Shown here: positions 13,195-24,925 of the stretch, one piece after another
Position numbering within the stretch: the stretch's first letter is position 1
Layout of the letters: each line of letters starts with the position of its first letter
NCBI RefSeq assembly: GCF_001194135.2
Contig: NC_068981.1
Span: 77,598,054 to 77,662,053, forward strand
Direction: 5' to 3'
DNA: 64,000 bases
From: Octopus bimaculoides
Lineage: Eukaryota
The notes under the pieces: model-generated
Seen by the model: only the letters and a program-made list of their open reading frames with translations
Told to the model about the DNA's origin: nothing
Database searches by the model: none
Program-made: the position numbers and the translations under genes

Positions 13195-13401
13195 CCATAT
13201 TTTTTCATTCCAAACAACTCAGAGAGATATCGTACGATGTCAAATAGATGTAGAAAAGGAACAGAGTCTGATGTTTGACATGTTGTCGTTTTCATTTACC
13301 CATATTTTTTCATTCCAAACAACTGAGAGAGCTATCGTAGACTATCAAATAGATGTAGGAAAAGAACCCAGGCTGATGTGTGACATGTCGTTTGAATTTA
13401 C
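13195..13401. repeat. Diverged ~105-bp tandem duplication
   Basis: CCATATTTTTT.CATTCCAAACAACT.AGAGAG.TATCGTA...CAAATAGATGTAG begins at 13195 and again at 13300. Confidence 0.9.
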
Positions 13402-13559
13402 TGGCGAAGGCTTATAGAAGCATGTATCTGGTTTTTGCGAACGAACACGCAAAGAGGACACATGCAGAGTTGATACTGTACACCTGTTCTCAGTTTGGTA
13501 CTGCAACTTATGGAGAGACGGCCAGGAAGATTTGTGTAGACATTGTCACCTACACTATG

Positions 13560-14135
13560 GTCCTCTTGCGGAGGATAGTAAGGATAGTGGTGACACGGAT
13601 AGAATTTTAATGGACATGCAAGTTTGTTAATAGCCAAAAGTCACAAAGATACTCAACAGTTGTACCTTATTATGGTTGCAGAAAAGAAAGCAATTCCACC
13701 GGGTGATGGAAAGTCCGCTTATATGTGTTGCTGTAAAGTACACCTGACACTTCGTTTTCAGGCAAGCCTTCATTATCTTTGTTTCCAAGTTTCACTTAGA
13801 AAGGAAAATGAGGGTGAAGAGGTATGTACTGCTCTTCGGTAAATTTGTCGAAAGCTGGGTGAATGCAGTGAGTGAATGGAATGACGCAAATGGGGTCGTA
13901 GGCTGAAAAGTATAAAGGAGAGAAGAGCATTTGCTATAATATTTCTGGTCGACTAGGTTACTCTGGATCTGCGGGCTTCTTTTGTTATCCCAGGATGACG
14001 TTTCATCATGGAATTTTGTTATAATTTTCTTATACACTGTAATTGCTCTTTCATTGTTTATACGCATTTATATATATTCCAGTGACCTTTGTCTTTGCAT
14101 TGTCGTATTTTGCGGCCCCTGTGGCCAATAAAGAA
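13560..14135 (+). mobile_element. Tx1-like LINE 3' fragment (old)
   Basis: Frame KFHLERKMRVKRYVLLFGKFVESWVNA matches the ORF2 C-terminus of the copy at 62218-62637 (YHLKRRIRVERKYLS...KRWKAV). Ends in CCCCTGTGGCCAATAAAGAAA (AATAAA at 14127-14132). Confidence 0.7.
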
Positions 14136-14577
14136 AGCATTAGTATTTGGCTGTTGTTGTTGTCACTTTCTTTGTTTGTTTTTTATGTTGTCGTTTGCCT
14201 GGCAAAGACGTCTTATTTCACTCCGGTCTAAAGATTAAATTTTGTCGAATTAGGCAAAAACTGGGTTACTACTTATGTCTTGTTGCACGCAATTATTGCT
14301 TAGGGTTTGAATGTTTTCTTTAATCTCTTCTTCTGACATTTCTATGGAAAAAAGACATTTTGAAAATGTCTCATTTGCTCGTCGATATTCCAAAGAAAAT
14401 GTTGGCCTGATACGCCTCCCCAATGAACAGAAACATTTGCACAGATACCATACAAAAACTAGAAAATCTAATAACTGAAAATACGAACAAAATAAATAAA
14501 AACCTGATGTTCCTCATTTTTCTGTCACAAATAAGAGTATATTTAAAGATTTGCATAAAATCCTTTCTACTACATGT

Positions 14578-14693
14578 ACAAGCCCTGAAATTTGGAGGAG
14601 AGGCATTGGTCGATTACATCGACCCCACTGTTTCACTGGTACTTAATTTATCGACTCCGAATGGATAATAGGCAAAGTCGACCTCAGTGGAAT
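14578..14693 (-). mobile_element. SINE family A, 5'-truncated
   Basis: Reverse complement of core and tail motifs. Confidence 0.85.
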
Positions 14694-14977
14694 AAAGATC
14701 CGCATAATAATAACCATAATAACAAGAATAGCTACACACAGATTCACACACATAACGCTCATATATACATTCTTAAACGTCACGGAAAACGTAGAAACTT
14801 GAATAGAATCCTACTGAGGACAGAGAAAAATTATGTTTCCTTGCTCAAGGATTTTCTTTTAAAGCGGTAACGAAAGAAATTGACATGCAGATATCTTGAA
14901 TGAAGGCGAAGTATAAAAGACAAGCTAAATTGTTGCGATTCACACTTATACTTACAGTCGTAACATAATATATAATT

Positions 14978-15115
14978 TCACGCCGCCGAAGTCGACTTTG
15001 CCTTTCATCCTTTCGGAGTCGATAAATTAAATGCCAGTTGCGTACTAGGGTCGATCTAATCGACTGGCCCCCTCCCCCAAAATTTCGGGCCTTATGCCTA
15101 GAGTAGATAAAAAAA
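14978..15115 (+). mobile_element. SINE family A, 5'-truncated, little diverged
   Basis: GTCGACTTTGCCTTTCATCCTTTCGGAGTCGATAAATTAA...CCCCCTCCCCCAAAATTTCGGGCCTTATGCCTAGAGTAG. Confidence 0.92.
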
Positions 15116-15226
15116 ATAACATCTGGTTTTACGTTATCCAGCTCCCTTTGTGTGAGTTGTGAGCAACGAGGTAACAAGGAACGACATATGGTCAAGGAAA
15201 TGTCTTTATAGACGTACGAATTCTTA

Positions 15227-15650
15227 CGAAGGTGGGCTGAAAAGTTGATAGGTTGAATATGAAGGAGTGATGTTAGAGCTGTGAAATCTTGTATGCATTA
15301 ATGTCATCCCTTCTTATTAATAACTACATTGTTATGTTCCATGTAAACTACATCTGACTGTTCAAAGAAGGCTTCAAAGTTTACTATTAGCGACTTCTCT
15401 TGAAAATAGACAGAATTTAGCATCTTGCTGTTATCAAGTACCTGCAGAAAACGGTTTAGACCCCAACGACATTCATATTTACATGGTTGCTACAATAGGG
15501 TATGGTTCTCTAGCTTTATCAACAGTGAAAAAGTGGGCAGCTGTATTTGATAGTGGGGAGAGTCTCCTGCAACTGCCACCGCTGAGGAAAACATTGACGT
15601 GTTTACCGCATAGTGATGGGTGACAGGCAATTGACTATAAATCATATCTA
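15227..15650 (+). mobile_element. Mariner 5' half (TIR plus transposase N-terminus), degenerate
   Basis: TA followed by CGAAGGTGGGCTGAAAAGTT (TIR). Broken frames give VIKYLQK, LSTVKKWAA, PATATAEENID and VMGDRQLTI, typical of a mariner HTH region. Confidence 0.8.
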
Positions 15651-15651
15651 G

Positions 15652-17225
15652 TTAACAACTTCCTTGTCTGTCTGTCTAAACTGTTTACTTCGTTTACTGT
15701 CCATGCGATTACCCCTGCTCAATATCTAAGGAGTGAAACCGCCCAGGTGTTGATAGCTTCGATCTTATTCCTTCTGTTTAATTTTGACTTTAGGATCAGT
15801 CTCAGTCTGCGTAAGTACTCCACCTTAAATTTTTCTGTTATTTCTTTTTCCATCAATATATCCATTTCCAAAATCCTCAAGTACTTATAGCCCGCCTCTT
15901 CTATCTGCTTCATAACCCCTCCCCACCGACGGTATTGTTAGTCCGTCCATGCATTTGATTGTGCCTCTTTTGAATACTAACACACCACACTTTCTCAGTT
16001 CGAACTCCATTCTGATATCAGCACTGAAGGTATACACCATATCAACGAGGGAACTGACTTGTGCTTCATCTCTACCATAAAGTTTGAGGTCATCCATGAA
16101 TAGCAAATGGTTGACTTTTTGTTGGCGGCTTTTGAATACATACCCAACTTTTGCTTTCCTCAGAATCAGTGCTAGTGGTATCAAGCACAGTACAAAGATC
16201 AGTGGGGACAGACAGTCCCCTTGGAAGAGGCCCCTTCTAATTTCTACTGTAACTAAACTGCTTCCGTATGCTGTCAGGTCCGTCCTTCAATTCGCCATAC
16301 ATTTTCCAGGCAATCGCTCTACATTCGATGCAAGTTATTTTTCCTTCCATCGCTCTACATTCGATGCAAGTTACTTTTCCTTCCATCGCTCAACATTTGA
16401 TGCGAGTTACTTTTCCTCCTCTTGCAGTCTCTGAGTATAGTTTTATCTATCAGGAGTTGATCCTTGATACCTCTGCACTTACGCTTGCAACCCTTCTGCT
16501 CATATGGCAGGACTCCATTTTTTCTAGATGTTCGTACATTGACTTTGCGAGTATTCCAGTCAATAACTTCCACATAAATGGCAAACAGGATATCGCCTTG
16601 TAATTGTCTACCGTATTGCCTTTTTCGATGTTTTTCAGGCACAGCACTGTCCGACCCAATGTCAACCACTCTAGTGTTACTTGTTCTGCATTTAACAAGA
16701 TGTTGAATTGCTCAGTTAATCGTGCATGACACTCACCAAATCTTTTGTTCCAGTAGCCTTGAACTCCATCTGGTCCCGGGGCCATCTAGTTGCTCATTGT
16801 TTAGCTGATTTCCTTCACTTCTCTAATTGAAATTATTTTTTTTGCCTGTTTTCGACAGACTACTGTTTGTTTCGGTTCTTGCAACCATTCAGCATCCTTC
16901 TTGTGCTCCTTGTCTTTGCTCCAGATGTCACTCCAAAACCTTTGACTTTCAATGTTATCTGGTATCAACTTTTCATCTGTACACTCTCCATTTATTTCTC
17001 TATAGAATCTCTTCTGATCTACTCTGAATAACCTATTCTCCTAGTAAACCATCATTATTTGGTCGTATCTTACCATCTTTGCTTTCTTTGAAATGAGGCG
17101 CTGTTTCAGTTCCTCCACAACTACTTTCAGGCCCTTTCTTTCAATATTATACTTCTTTTTCAGCGCCCTGTATTTTTGATCACTTTCATCGCTGCGAAAG
17201 GAAGCAATTCGACCTATTCTGTTTG
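15652..17225 (-). mobile_element. R4/Dong-like (RLE-type) non-LTR retrotransposon relic, RT region
   Basis: [80 protein letters not shown]. Frameshifts and stops; 3' end (RLE domain) absent. Confidence 0.9.
16313..16420. repeat. 36-bp unit x3 inside the R4-like RT
   Basis: ATCGCTCTACATTCGATGCAAGTTA(T/C)TTTTCCTTCC at 16313, 16349 and 16385 (third unit more diverged). Confidence 0.95.
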
Positions 17226-17349
17226 TAATTACTAGTAGAAAAAACAACCATAATTATATATATATATATATATATNNNNNNNNNNNNNNNNNNNNNNNNN
17301 NNNNNNNNNNNNNNATATACATATACACACACACATATATACTGATATT

Positions 17350-18240
17350 CACGTCGTTGAATTTTTGAATTTCTGAATTCAATTGTGTTGTTGCATAAAA
17401 GGTGTGTTTACGTATTTAGGTAATATATTAAAGTTTTTCAGTTTTCTTGAGATGTTCATTTGTCTGTCCACTTGAAGAATACAGTAGGACTTTTGCAATG
17501 AAAAGGATGTTTACATTTTCGAATACTGAGCGAGAGTCAAAAAGAAAAGAAAACAAGTTGCAGACACCAATGTTTTAAGATTTACTAAATATGATCTTTT
17601 GTATGATCGCACAGAGAGAAATGGTAGTGCTCTTAGAATAAAAAGGTGGATGATGTTTACATTTTCGAATACTCAGGGAGAGATGAAAGGATAAGTATTC
17701 ACACATTAATTGTAGATATTAAAGGTTCTTTTTCTTTTTAAGCTGAACGCTTGTGTGTTCGAAAGCTGTATATTTGTAAGTTTCCTAACTCATTCTATTT
17801 TGAGGGAGATGTAAAATATTCACAGGAAATTGTAGATATTCCAGTCTTTGGGAATAGTAGGAGGAAGAAATGTTCATCTTGTTGGATTTTTGAATTTCTG
17901 AATGCTGTTTTTCTTTTGGAATTTTTCTTTTCTTTTTAAAAGTTTTGCTGTGGTTTACAGTTTTTGTAGTTGTGCAGTATGCATATATTGGCAGGTGCTT
18001 ACTTCCTTAATTTTTTTTATCGTGCATTTAATTGTGTTGTTACACTAAAAGGCATGTTTACATATTCTGTTAGTCAGGGAAGAAGGGAAGGCAAAATGTT
18101 CACACAAAATTGGAGATATTAAAGTTTCTAAATTTTTTTAGGTGTTCGTTTGTATGTCCAAAGCTGTAGATATGTAAGTTCCTTAACTTATTTTGAGGGA
18201 AATTCAAAATACTCACAGTAAACTGTAGATATTCCAATAT
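17350..18240. repeat. Old composite tandem duplications (periods ~145 and ~400 bp)
   Basis: GATGTTTACATTTTCGAATACT at ~17507 and ~17652; 17690-17850 resembles 18085-18240. Confidence 0.6.
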
Positions 18241-18364
18241 GCCATAAGGAGACTCGACCTGTTTCCTTTCATTATTATTATTGTTATCATCACTGATATC
18301 ACTGGTATTATTGTTTTCATGTGTAGTAGTAGTAGTAGTAGTAGTAGTAATAGCAGTGGTTGCA

Positions 18365-18395
<31 letters not shown>

Positions 18396-18562
18396 CAGCA
18401 GTAGCAGGGTGGGGGCAGTGGTGAGGATGGTAGTTGGGCCTCAGATTCCTGTGCTATCATAGTAGCAGTAGTTGTAGTATTATTGTAGTATTAGTAGTAT
18501 TTAGTATCAGCATTTGCAGCATATAATAATAATAATATATAATAATACTGTTTTGCTGATAC

Positions 18563-18576
18563 TAATAATAATAATA

Positions 18577-18633
<57 letters not shown>
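18563..18633. repeat. (AAT)n/(ATT)n microsatellite
   Basis: Direct reading. Confidence 0.97.
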
Positions 18634-18635
<2 letters not shown>

Positions 18636-19110
18636 GGCTGTCAGCTTGTGAACTCGTACGAGTCAGAGCTTCGTGGCTTGTAAGTGTTTAATCAAGCAAT
18701 TCGGCTGGTTCTAGCCCGTTCATTCAAAATTCCAATTAACAAGTACTTTGCTTGCATTGTCTGGATCGTGGAGGTAACATTTTGTGTAATTGCACCCCGT
18801 TTTTTTTTTTTGGGGGGGGGGGTTATAATTGTTTTGCATTTTTTTGTGAAAACTAGGTTTTATTCATTTTTTTTCCAATTTTTAAAAATGTCGAATTACG
18901 GGAAAATAATAATCGTCGACCAAGAGCAGCGTTCTGTCGACTCAGTTATAACTCCGAACAGAAACGCGTCTGAAGGCGAAACTCATTTCTCTCCAAAGAG
19001 AAATAGGATTTCCTCTTGTTGCTATGACAACAATAACACGTGCAAAAGTACTAGCAGGAACGATAATGACGACGACGACGACAATAGCAACAATAATGTG
19101 AACAGCAGCA

Positions 19111-20387
19111 TGAACACCGACAAAGCACGAAGGAGGGAGCTGAGGAGGACACTAACACCGCTACCACCATTGCCATTACGAGGACCAATCAGAGTAACAA
19201 AAATAAGCAGGTAAGTGAAGAGAAAGGAAAAAGAATTCTTTCACGTGAAATACCTGCAGATTTCCCCACCGCCGCCACTACCACGTCAAACAAAGGAGAA
19301 AAAATTTAGAGCAACAACGTCGCTTGCTTCTTCTAAGCAAGCACAAAATTGATCTGCTGAAATACGCCGCACGATGGAAGACGTGCAATTGTCAGAAACA
19401 GCCTTGGCTAGAACAAAAATACATCTAACAAGAACTGGCAGAACAGTCCACCTTAACACACCAGATGAGGTGCAGGAGGAGAAACGGAGGTGGACAATAA
19501 TAATCATTAAAAACGCGCAAGATAGAAAGAGCCACTGAGGCTCAGACCGAAAAAGTGCCTGAGATGTGTATGGAACTAAAAGTTTTATGTCACACGTGGT
19601 AAAAGCTTTGGCATGGTGGAGGTGAGATTCTCAAGTGAACAATAGGCCAAAGAAAATGCCACAACAACCCTGAAGACCGAGGAATTAGATATGATTCCCT
19701 ACGTACCTCGGTCGAAGAGTTGTCAGAGTGAAGGTAGAGTAGAGTCCACCAGAAGTAGACATCCCCCTACTGGCAGCGGCCGTATTGTACGGCATAAAAG
19801 AGAGATGTAAAATCCTTGAAACAAGGAAACACAAAAAAGAAAATTGGTACGGTACTGGGATGGAAATATTGCATGCGGAATTCGCAATCGCACAAGTGAT
19901 CCTAGATCACATCGAGCACCCTGGAGGTTCAAACTTATTTGTAGTGGTAGAGGGCAGAAAGCCCAGGCGCCACATCTGTGGTCAGACAAACCACTTAAAG
20001 GCTGCAGACACCTCTAACACAACAACAACCACAGCGACAAAAGCAAGGGCAACAATACCAGCAGAGGCAGGAAGCTACTGGAGTAGCAAAAACAACAGCA
20101 ACAGTAACAGTACCATCAATCACAGCAGCATCGACAGCAGCAACAACAACAACAACAATAACAACAACTACAACAATAAAAGCAACAATAACAAACAAAA
20201 TAAACAACTCACCAACAGCTATACTTTCCACATACCAAACAGCAACAAAAGCAGCAGCATCAGTACCCCTCAGAACAACAACAACTTTACCAACGAAGCA
20301 CAACCAAAAAGCCCCGCAAGATTTGCCTCCATCGTCCTCCGAATACCCAGACATGTCCTCCGTGGAGAGGGAGAAAGAAGAGCCTAA
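19111..20387 (+). pseudogene. Tx1 ORF1 (gag-like, CCHC knuckle) relic
   Basis: LFVVVEGRKPRRHICGQTNHLKAA, upstream basic segments and an AAC-rich low-complexity C-terminus; frameshifted. Start is approximate. Confidence 0.65.
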
Positions 20388-20926
20388 ATGCAACAAGTCG
20401 CCAGATCTAAAAGAAAAAGGAACAAAAATTCACCAACAGTAACACACAAATCTGGCACGTAGGATGACAGTGAGCAGACACGTAACAAAATAAATACTCA
20501 TGCACCTTCCCCATTAGCAACCACACCAGCACCGGCAACAAAAACAATAGCCCAGTCAGCACCGTCAACATCACCACAAGCACAACCCAGTTCACAAACA
20601 CAACTCCCAGCCAGTACATCTCAACACCAGCAATAATAAACACACACAATAAAGAATTAATAGCACACATATACAACCATACGGTCATCACAAACACTGA
20701 TATCATCCACCATCAAACACCACACCGCCACACACAAAATTCCTGCCAACATCCCAAAACACATATAATAATAAAAATATCCTGTAGGAGTTGGGGCCTT
20801 TAGGAAAGATATCAACAAAAGAATCTACAACGAACTGCTCGTGTAAACAGCTACAGATTAACCGTCCCCACCTCACCAACAAAATCGCAGTAAATAGCCT
20901 TTTCTGCTTCTATACCTCCATCCTAA

Positions 20927-23060
20927 ATGGCCTCGCTTACGATAGGCAGTATAAATGCACGTAGCATGAAGTCGCCTTGCGAACAGGGTCATCTACTCAA
21001 CGCCTTAGATCACTAAATTTCGATGTGCTGGCCATCAGTGAAACCAGGCTCTCCGACCGACGAGCATTCATGCCCGTTTTCGGTGGATACGAGATCTATT
21101 TATCTCCATGTCAACCAGGAATAGGAGGTGGACATGTTGTGTTTGTTGTTCCGTGGAGGACTGGATCTCGAGATAAAGACTATGTTACTGGACCCAGAAG
21201 GTAAGTTGGTGATCCTAGATATGAGCAGAACTGACCGGTGGCTGTTTATGCTCCAACAGGAGAAGGGCAGCCGCAGTCCTTCAGACTCCTGGACATTTTC
21301 CTGGGAACGTCTCGTCCTTTAGTGCTTATGGGCAACTGGACGCGGTCTTAGAGCTACGTTTGGACCGGGTGGGGCTCGCGGATAGAGGAGGTGAGTGCAA
21401 AAGCCTCACAAACCTGCTTAGACGTTTTCGCCTGTCTAACAAGTAGCGGCTGGATTTCCCAAATGTGTCAGTGTGGACCTAATCTAACTGCATTGGATCA
21501 TCCAGATCGTATTTAGACAGAATTTTTTGTAGGCCACTAGATAAGAATAGCACAACTGTCCACTTTTCAAAATCGTCGCCTACACAGATCACAAATTTGT
21601 AATTTGTGCGGTCGGCTTAGGCATACTACGTAGGCAGGGACCCGGCTACTGGAAGCTGAAAGCATCACTCTTGGCGTGCTAAGCTTACAGAGACCGGATT
21701 AGTGAATTAGTCAAGTGAGCATTAACAATAAATGGTAGTAAACCCTGAAAAGAGCAATTATAATAGAATCGATTAGGTTTAGCAAGGCACTAGCGACAGA
21801 AAAAAAAACAGAATAGTAGGCAAGCTAGTTAGGGACTTAGGAGAGGCGCTCTAAAAGAATACGAAGCGGTGACAGGAGCAAAAATTAACCAGAAATCAGT
21901 GGGCATGCAACTCGGCACCTGGAAAGGCAGGTCCATGCTTTCCAACAACATCGTTGGACGCTGGATGGAAGGACCTATTAAATTGCTCGGGATCTGGTTC
22001 GGTCCAGATCTCCAGGTGGAGAACTGGGACGAGGTGGCGAGCAGGGTGGCCAATCTCACCCATAAATGGGCTGAGAGAAAGCTATCCCTGAAAGGTCGGG
22101 TGGAGGTGGCGAATGCTTATATTGCATCCGTCATCTACTACCGCCTCGCCATCCTGCCCTGTCCCGGTTCGAGTCTGACCAAACTGGAGCGCTTACTATT
22201 TCGCTCCATTTGCTGTCAAAAGCCGATAGATGGAGGATTGAGCAAACCGTGGCTATTGATGTACAAACATGCACTGAAGCCGCGACATCTCCAGCGCTTC
22301 ATAGACGGTGAGCAGGTACGTTCGCCGTTTGTCATATGCGATTTCCCACAGTTTGTCTCTTTGACTGAGCTACAGTCATGGATCAAACGTAGACCTAGAA
22401 AGGGCACCTGGCACCTAGAGTGTCGTCAAGCGCTCACACTTCTCTGTTAGTCGGGCAATGCGGTCGGTGAACATTCTATAATGGCGTTCTATAGAGTTTT
22501 AGTAGCGGGTAAGTGTAACGATATTCTCGAGGAGACTCTGCGCGTCGACAAGAAATAGTTGGCTGGTCTGTTCCGGAGAACTTTCAGGCTGGGGCCTACG
22601 GATAATTCTCAGAAACCCTTGGGCTGACAATACTACCAAAGCGCACTACATATTCGAGATAAATTCTACAGGCACGCAAGTGCAGTCATTCGGGCTTGCC
22701 CCAGATGCGCATAGAGCGACGAAACCGTTTTGCATACTCTCATCCAGAGCCCGAGTATTTCTGACTAGTGGGTTTATGTTGAACACCTGTTGTCTCATGT
22801 AGGACGAATCCGGCTGTCGGCTGAGACTATTCTTTGGTCAGGAAGGGTAGGCTGTTTTTCTTTGCCTGGTGGCCTTAGTGAAAGAGGTTGTGTGGTGGAC
22901 CAGGTTAAAAGATACTTTCCTCTTGCGCCAAGCCCTCAACTTTTTCAAATTTCACTTGAAAAGGAAAGAGAGAGTGGAGAGGTAAATTCTGCTCCCCAGC
23001 AATTTTGTTCAATGGTGGGTGAATGTTGCAAGAATGGCCCAAGTGAATGGCGATTGTAGA
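20927..23060 (+). pseudogene. Tx1 ORF2 relic (APE endonuclease plus RT C-terminus and Cys motif)
   Basis: MASLTIGSINARSMK...FDVLAISETRL (APE), YLDRI, TDHK, PGYWKL; then AKINQKSVG, LLGIWFGPDL, LSLKGRVEVAN and ACPRC. Many stops and frameshifts. Confidence 0.88.
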
Positions 23061-23285
23061 CAAAGCGGAAAGGGCACTTACTCTGGTGGTCAGAACTGTG
23101 GAGGACTTGTGGGATTTTCACGAGCAGTTCTAGGGGGTCTCTCTCTGTTGCGGAATTTTGTTCTTATATTCGATTAATGTTTTCGTTTTTCATTGCTTAC
23201 ACGATTTTCATGAAGACCCACATTGTATTTGTCCTGTATTGTCCAGGATGTTTTTTTATGTAAACCTTTTTTGTTTAATAAAGAA

Positions 23286-23371
<86 letters not shown>

Positions 23372-23510
23372 CATCATCATAATTGTTATGATTTCTATTA
23401 TAATTATTTGTAATATTGCTATTGCTATTGATATTTTTATTTCTATAATTATTATTATTATTATTATTGTTGTTGTTGTTGTTGTTGTTGTTGTTATTAT
23501 TATTATTAAA
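23286..23510. repeat. (ATT)n/(GTT)n microsatellite tract
   Basis: Direct reading. Confidence 0.97.
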
Positions 23511-23623
23511 TTTCACTGCTTGCCTTGAGGTGACTTATGTTTGCTTTCTTTAACGTAGGTTGAATTTGTGCTTTTTCTGTAATTGTTATATCAAGGAGAT
23601 TGATAACTCTCTTTTTCTGTCTC

Positions 23624-23699
<76 letters not shown>

Positions 23700-23706
23700 T
23701 CTCTTT

Positions 23707-23751
<45 letters not shown>

Positions 23752-24289
23752 CACACACGCACGCACACGCGCACGCACACACACACACACACACACACAG
23801 TACATTTCCCGTTTAAGGCAAAAAATTTCATTATTTGTTATTCCTTTTTGTCTTGACGGCAGATATTTATTTCAAGAATGACTATGATGTTAAAGGTGGG
23901 AAATGGTTTGTATAATAGCAGTAGACAACTTTCTCTTGCGAAGACAACGTAAGAAATTGAATTCTTTTGTATATAACAAACAATTGCTGAAATAACAGCA
24001 ATGTGTCTAACATTAACAACACTAACACACTAACAATAATAACATTAATTTTAATGCCGACACATATGACAATGGCTACTAAGACAACAGATACAGCGAC
24101 GAATGTGTAATACTTAGTAACAAGAACAGAAACAAATACCAGTAATGATAAACAGAAACAGTCGTCTACGAAAATGGTAATTTCATGAGATTTCAGTGTA
24201 GAAAGATTGAATAAGTACACCATATGTTAGCAAGGTGTAAAAATACACTCCTAAATGAATATGAAAATATTTACATGTCTTCCCCATAA

Positions 24290-24925
24290 AACAAGCTAAT
24301 TAGAAAAGTCATTGAGACTGAATTTGGGAATATATTAAGTAATTCAGACTATATATAAGCATTATTTCTTCAAGATTAAAATACGTTATTTTTACTATAG
24401 AGGATTAAGAGATGCTATTGCAGCATACCTACCAGAGAAGTAAACACTGCTAACTTTTATGGAAATATATGTGAAGACCAGGTCGATAGCAACACCAGAA
24501 AAGAGAACCATTAACCTGTAGTAACCTTCATAAAATGTTTCTGTGAATTCGTCAGGTGTGGAAAGTGCTGAGAATAGTTCGAGGTTAACTTATATTTTGA
24601 TGTGGTAGTAACTCCAAGATATAGAACCATCTTGGGTACTCTTCTTACGGATAAAAAACCTTAAAGTGAAAAGTTGAAGTTGAATGTGGATGATATTAAC
24701 GCAGGATGTTTCCGCATAAGATATGAAGAGTTGTACATGGAAAAAACCGACAATATCAGCAAATGAATAAAAGCATCCAAGCAAGAACACTGACAAAGTT
24801 GACAAAGATATGTTGGATACTATTGTTACGCCACAGAAAACCGCATTTACGATGACTTGGCAGAACGTAGACCAAACTTGCAAACCGCACTTAAAGTGAA
24901 TATAGGAAGGCTTTATACTTCGCTT
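24290..24925 (+). other. Unassigned coding-like relic
   Basis: Frame 24578-24922 reads FEVNLYFDVVVTPRYRTILG...LKLNVDDINAGCFRIRYEELYMEKTDNISK*IKASKQEH*QS*QRYVGYYCYATENRIYDDL with 4 stops. The antisense frame is open for 127 codons. No family recognised. Confidence 0.3.

Larger units (their letters stand above)
18634..23285 (+). mobile_element. Tx1-like (L1 clade) LINE, near full length with RT core deleted
   Basis: ORF1 relic with a degenerate zinc knuckle (HICGQTNHLKAA) and an N/T-rich tail, ORF2 relic, 3' UTR, AATAAA at 23277-23282. The 5' boundary is inferred from the microsatellite edge. Confidence 0.85.

Noticed and set aside
18634-18725. tRNA-like look at the Tx1 5' end
   Set aside because: No consistent cloverleaf, and A/B box spacing does not fit.
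19785-20387. 200-aa Asn/Thr-rich ORF as a host gene
   Set aside because: Lies between the Tx1 5' region and the endonuclease and carries the knuckle remnant; it is ORF1 debris.
24764-24802. Three in-frame TGA as a sign of mitochondrial or Mollicute genetic code
   Set aside because: An in-frame TAA lies in the same frame and the peptide resembles no mitochondrial protein; TGG to TGA decay or chance is enough.
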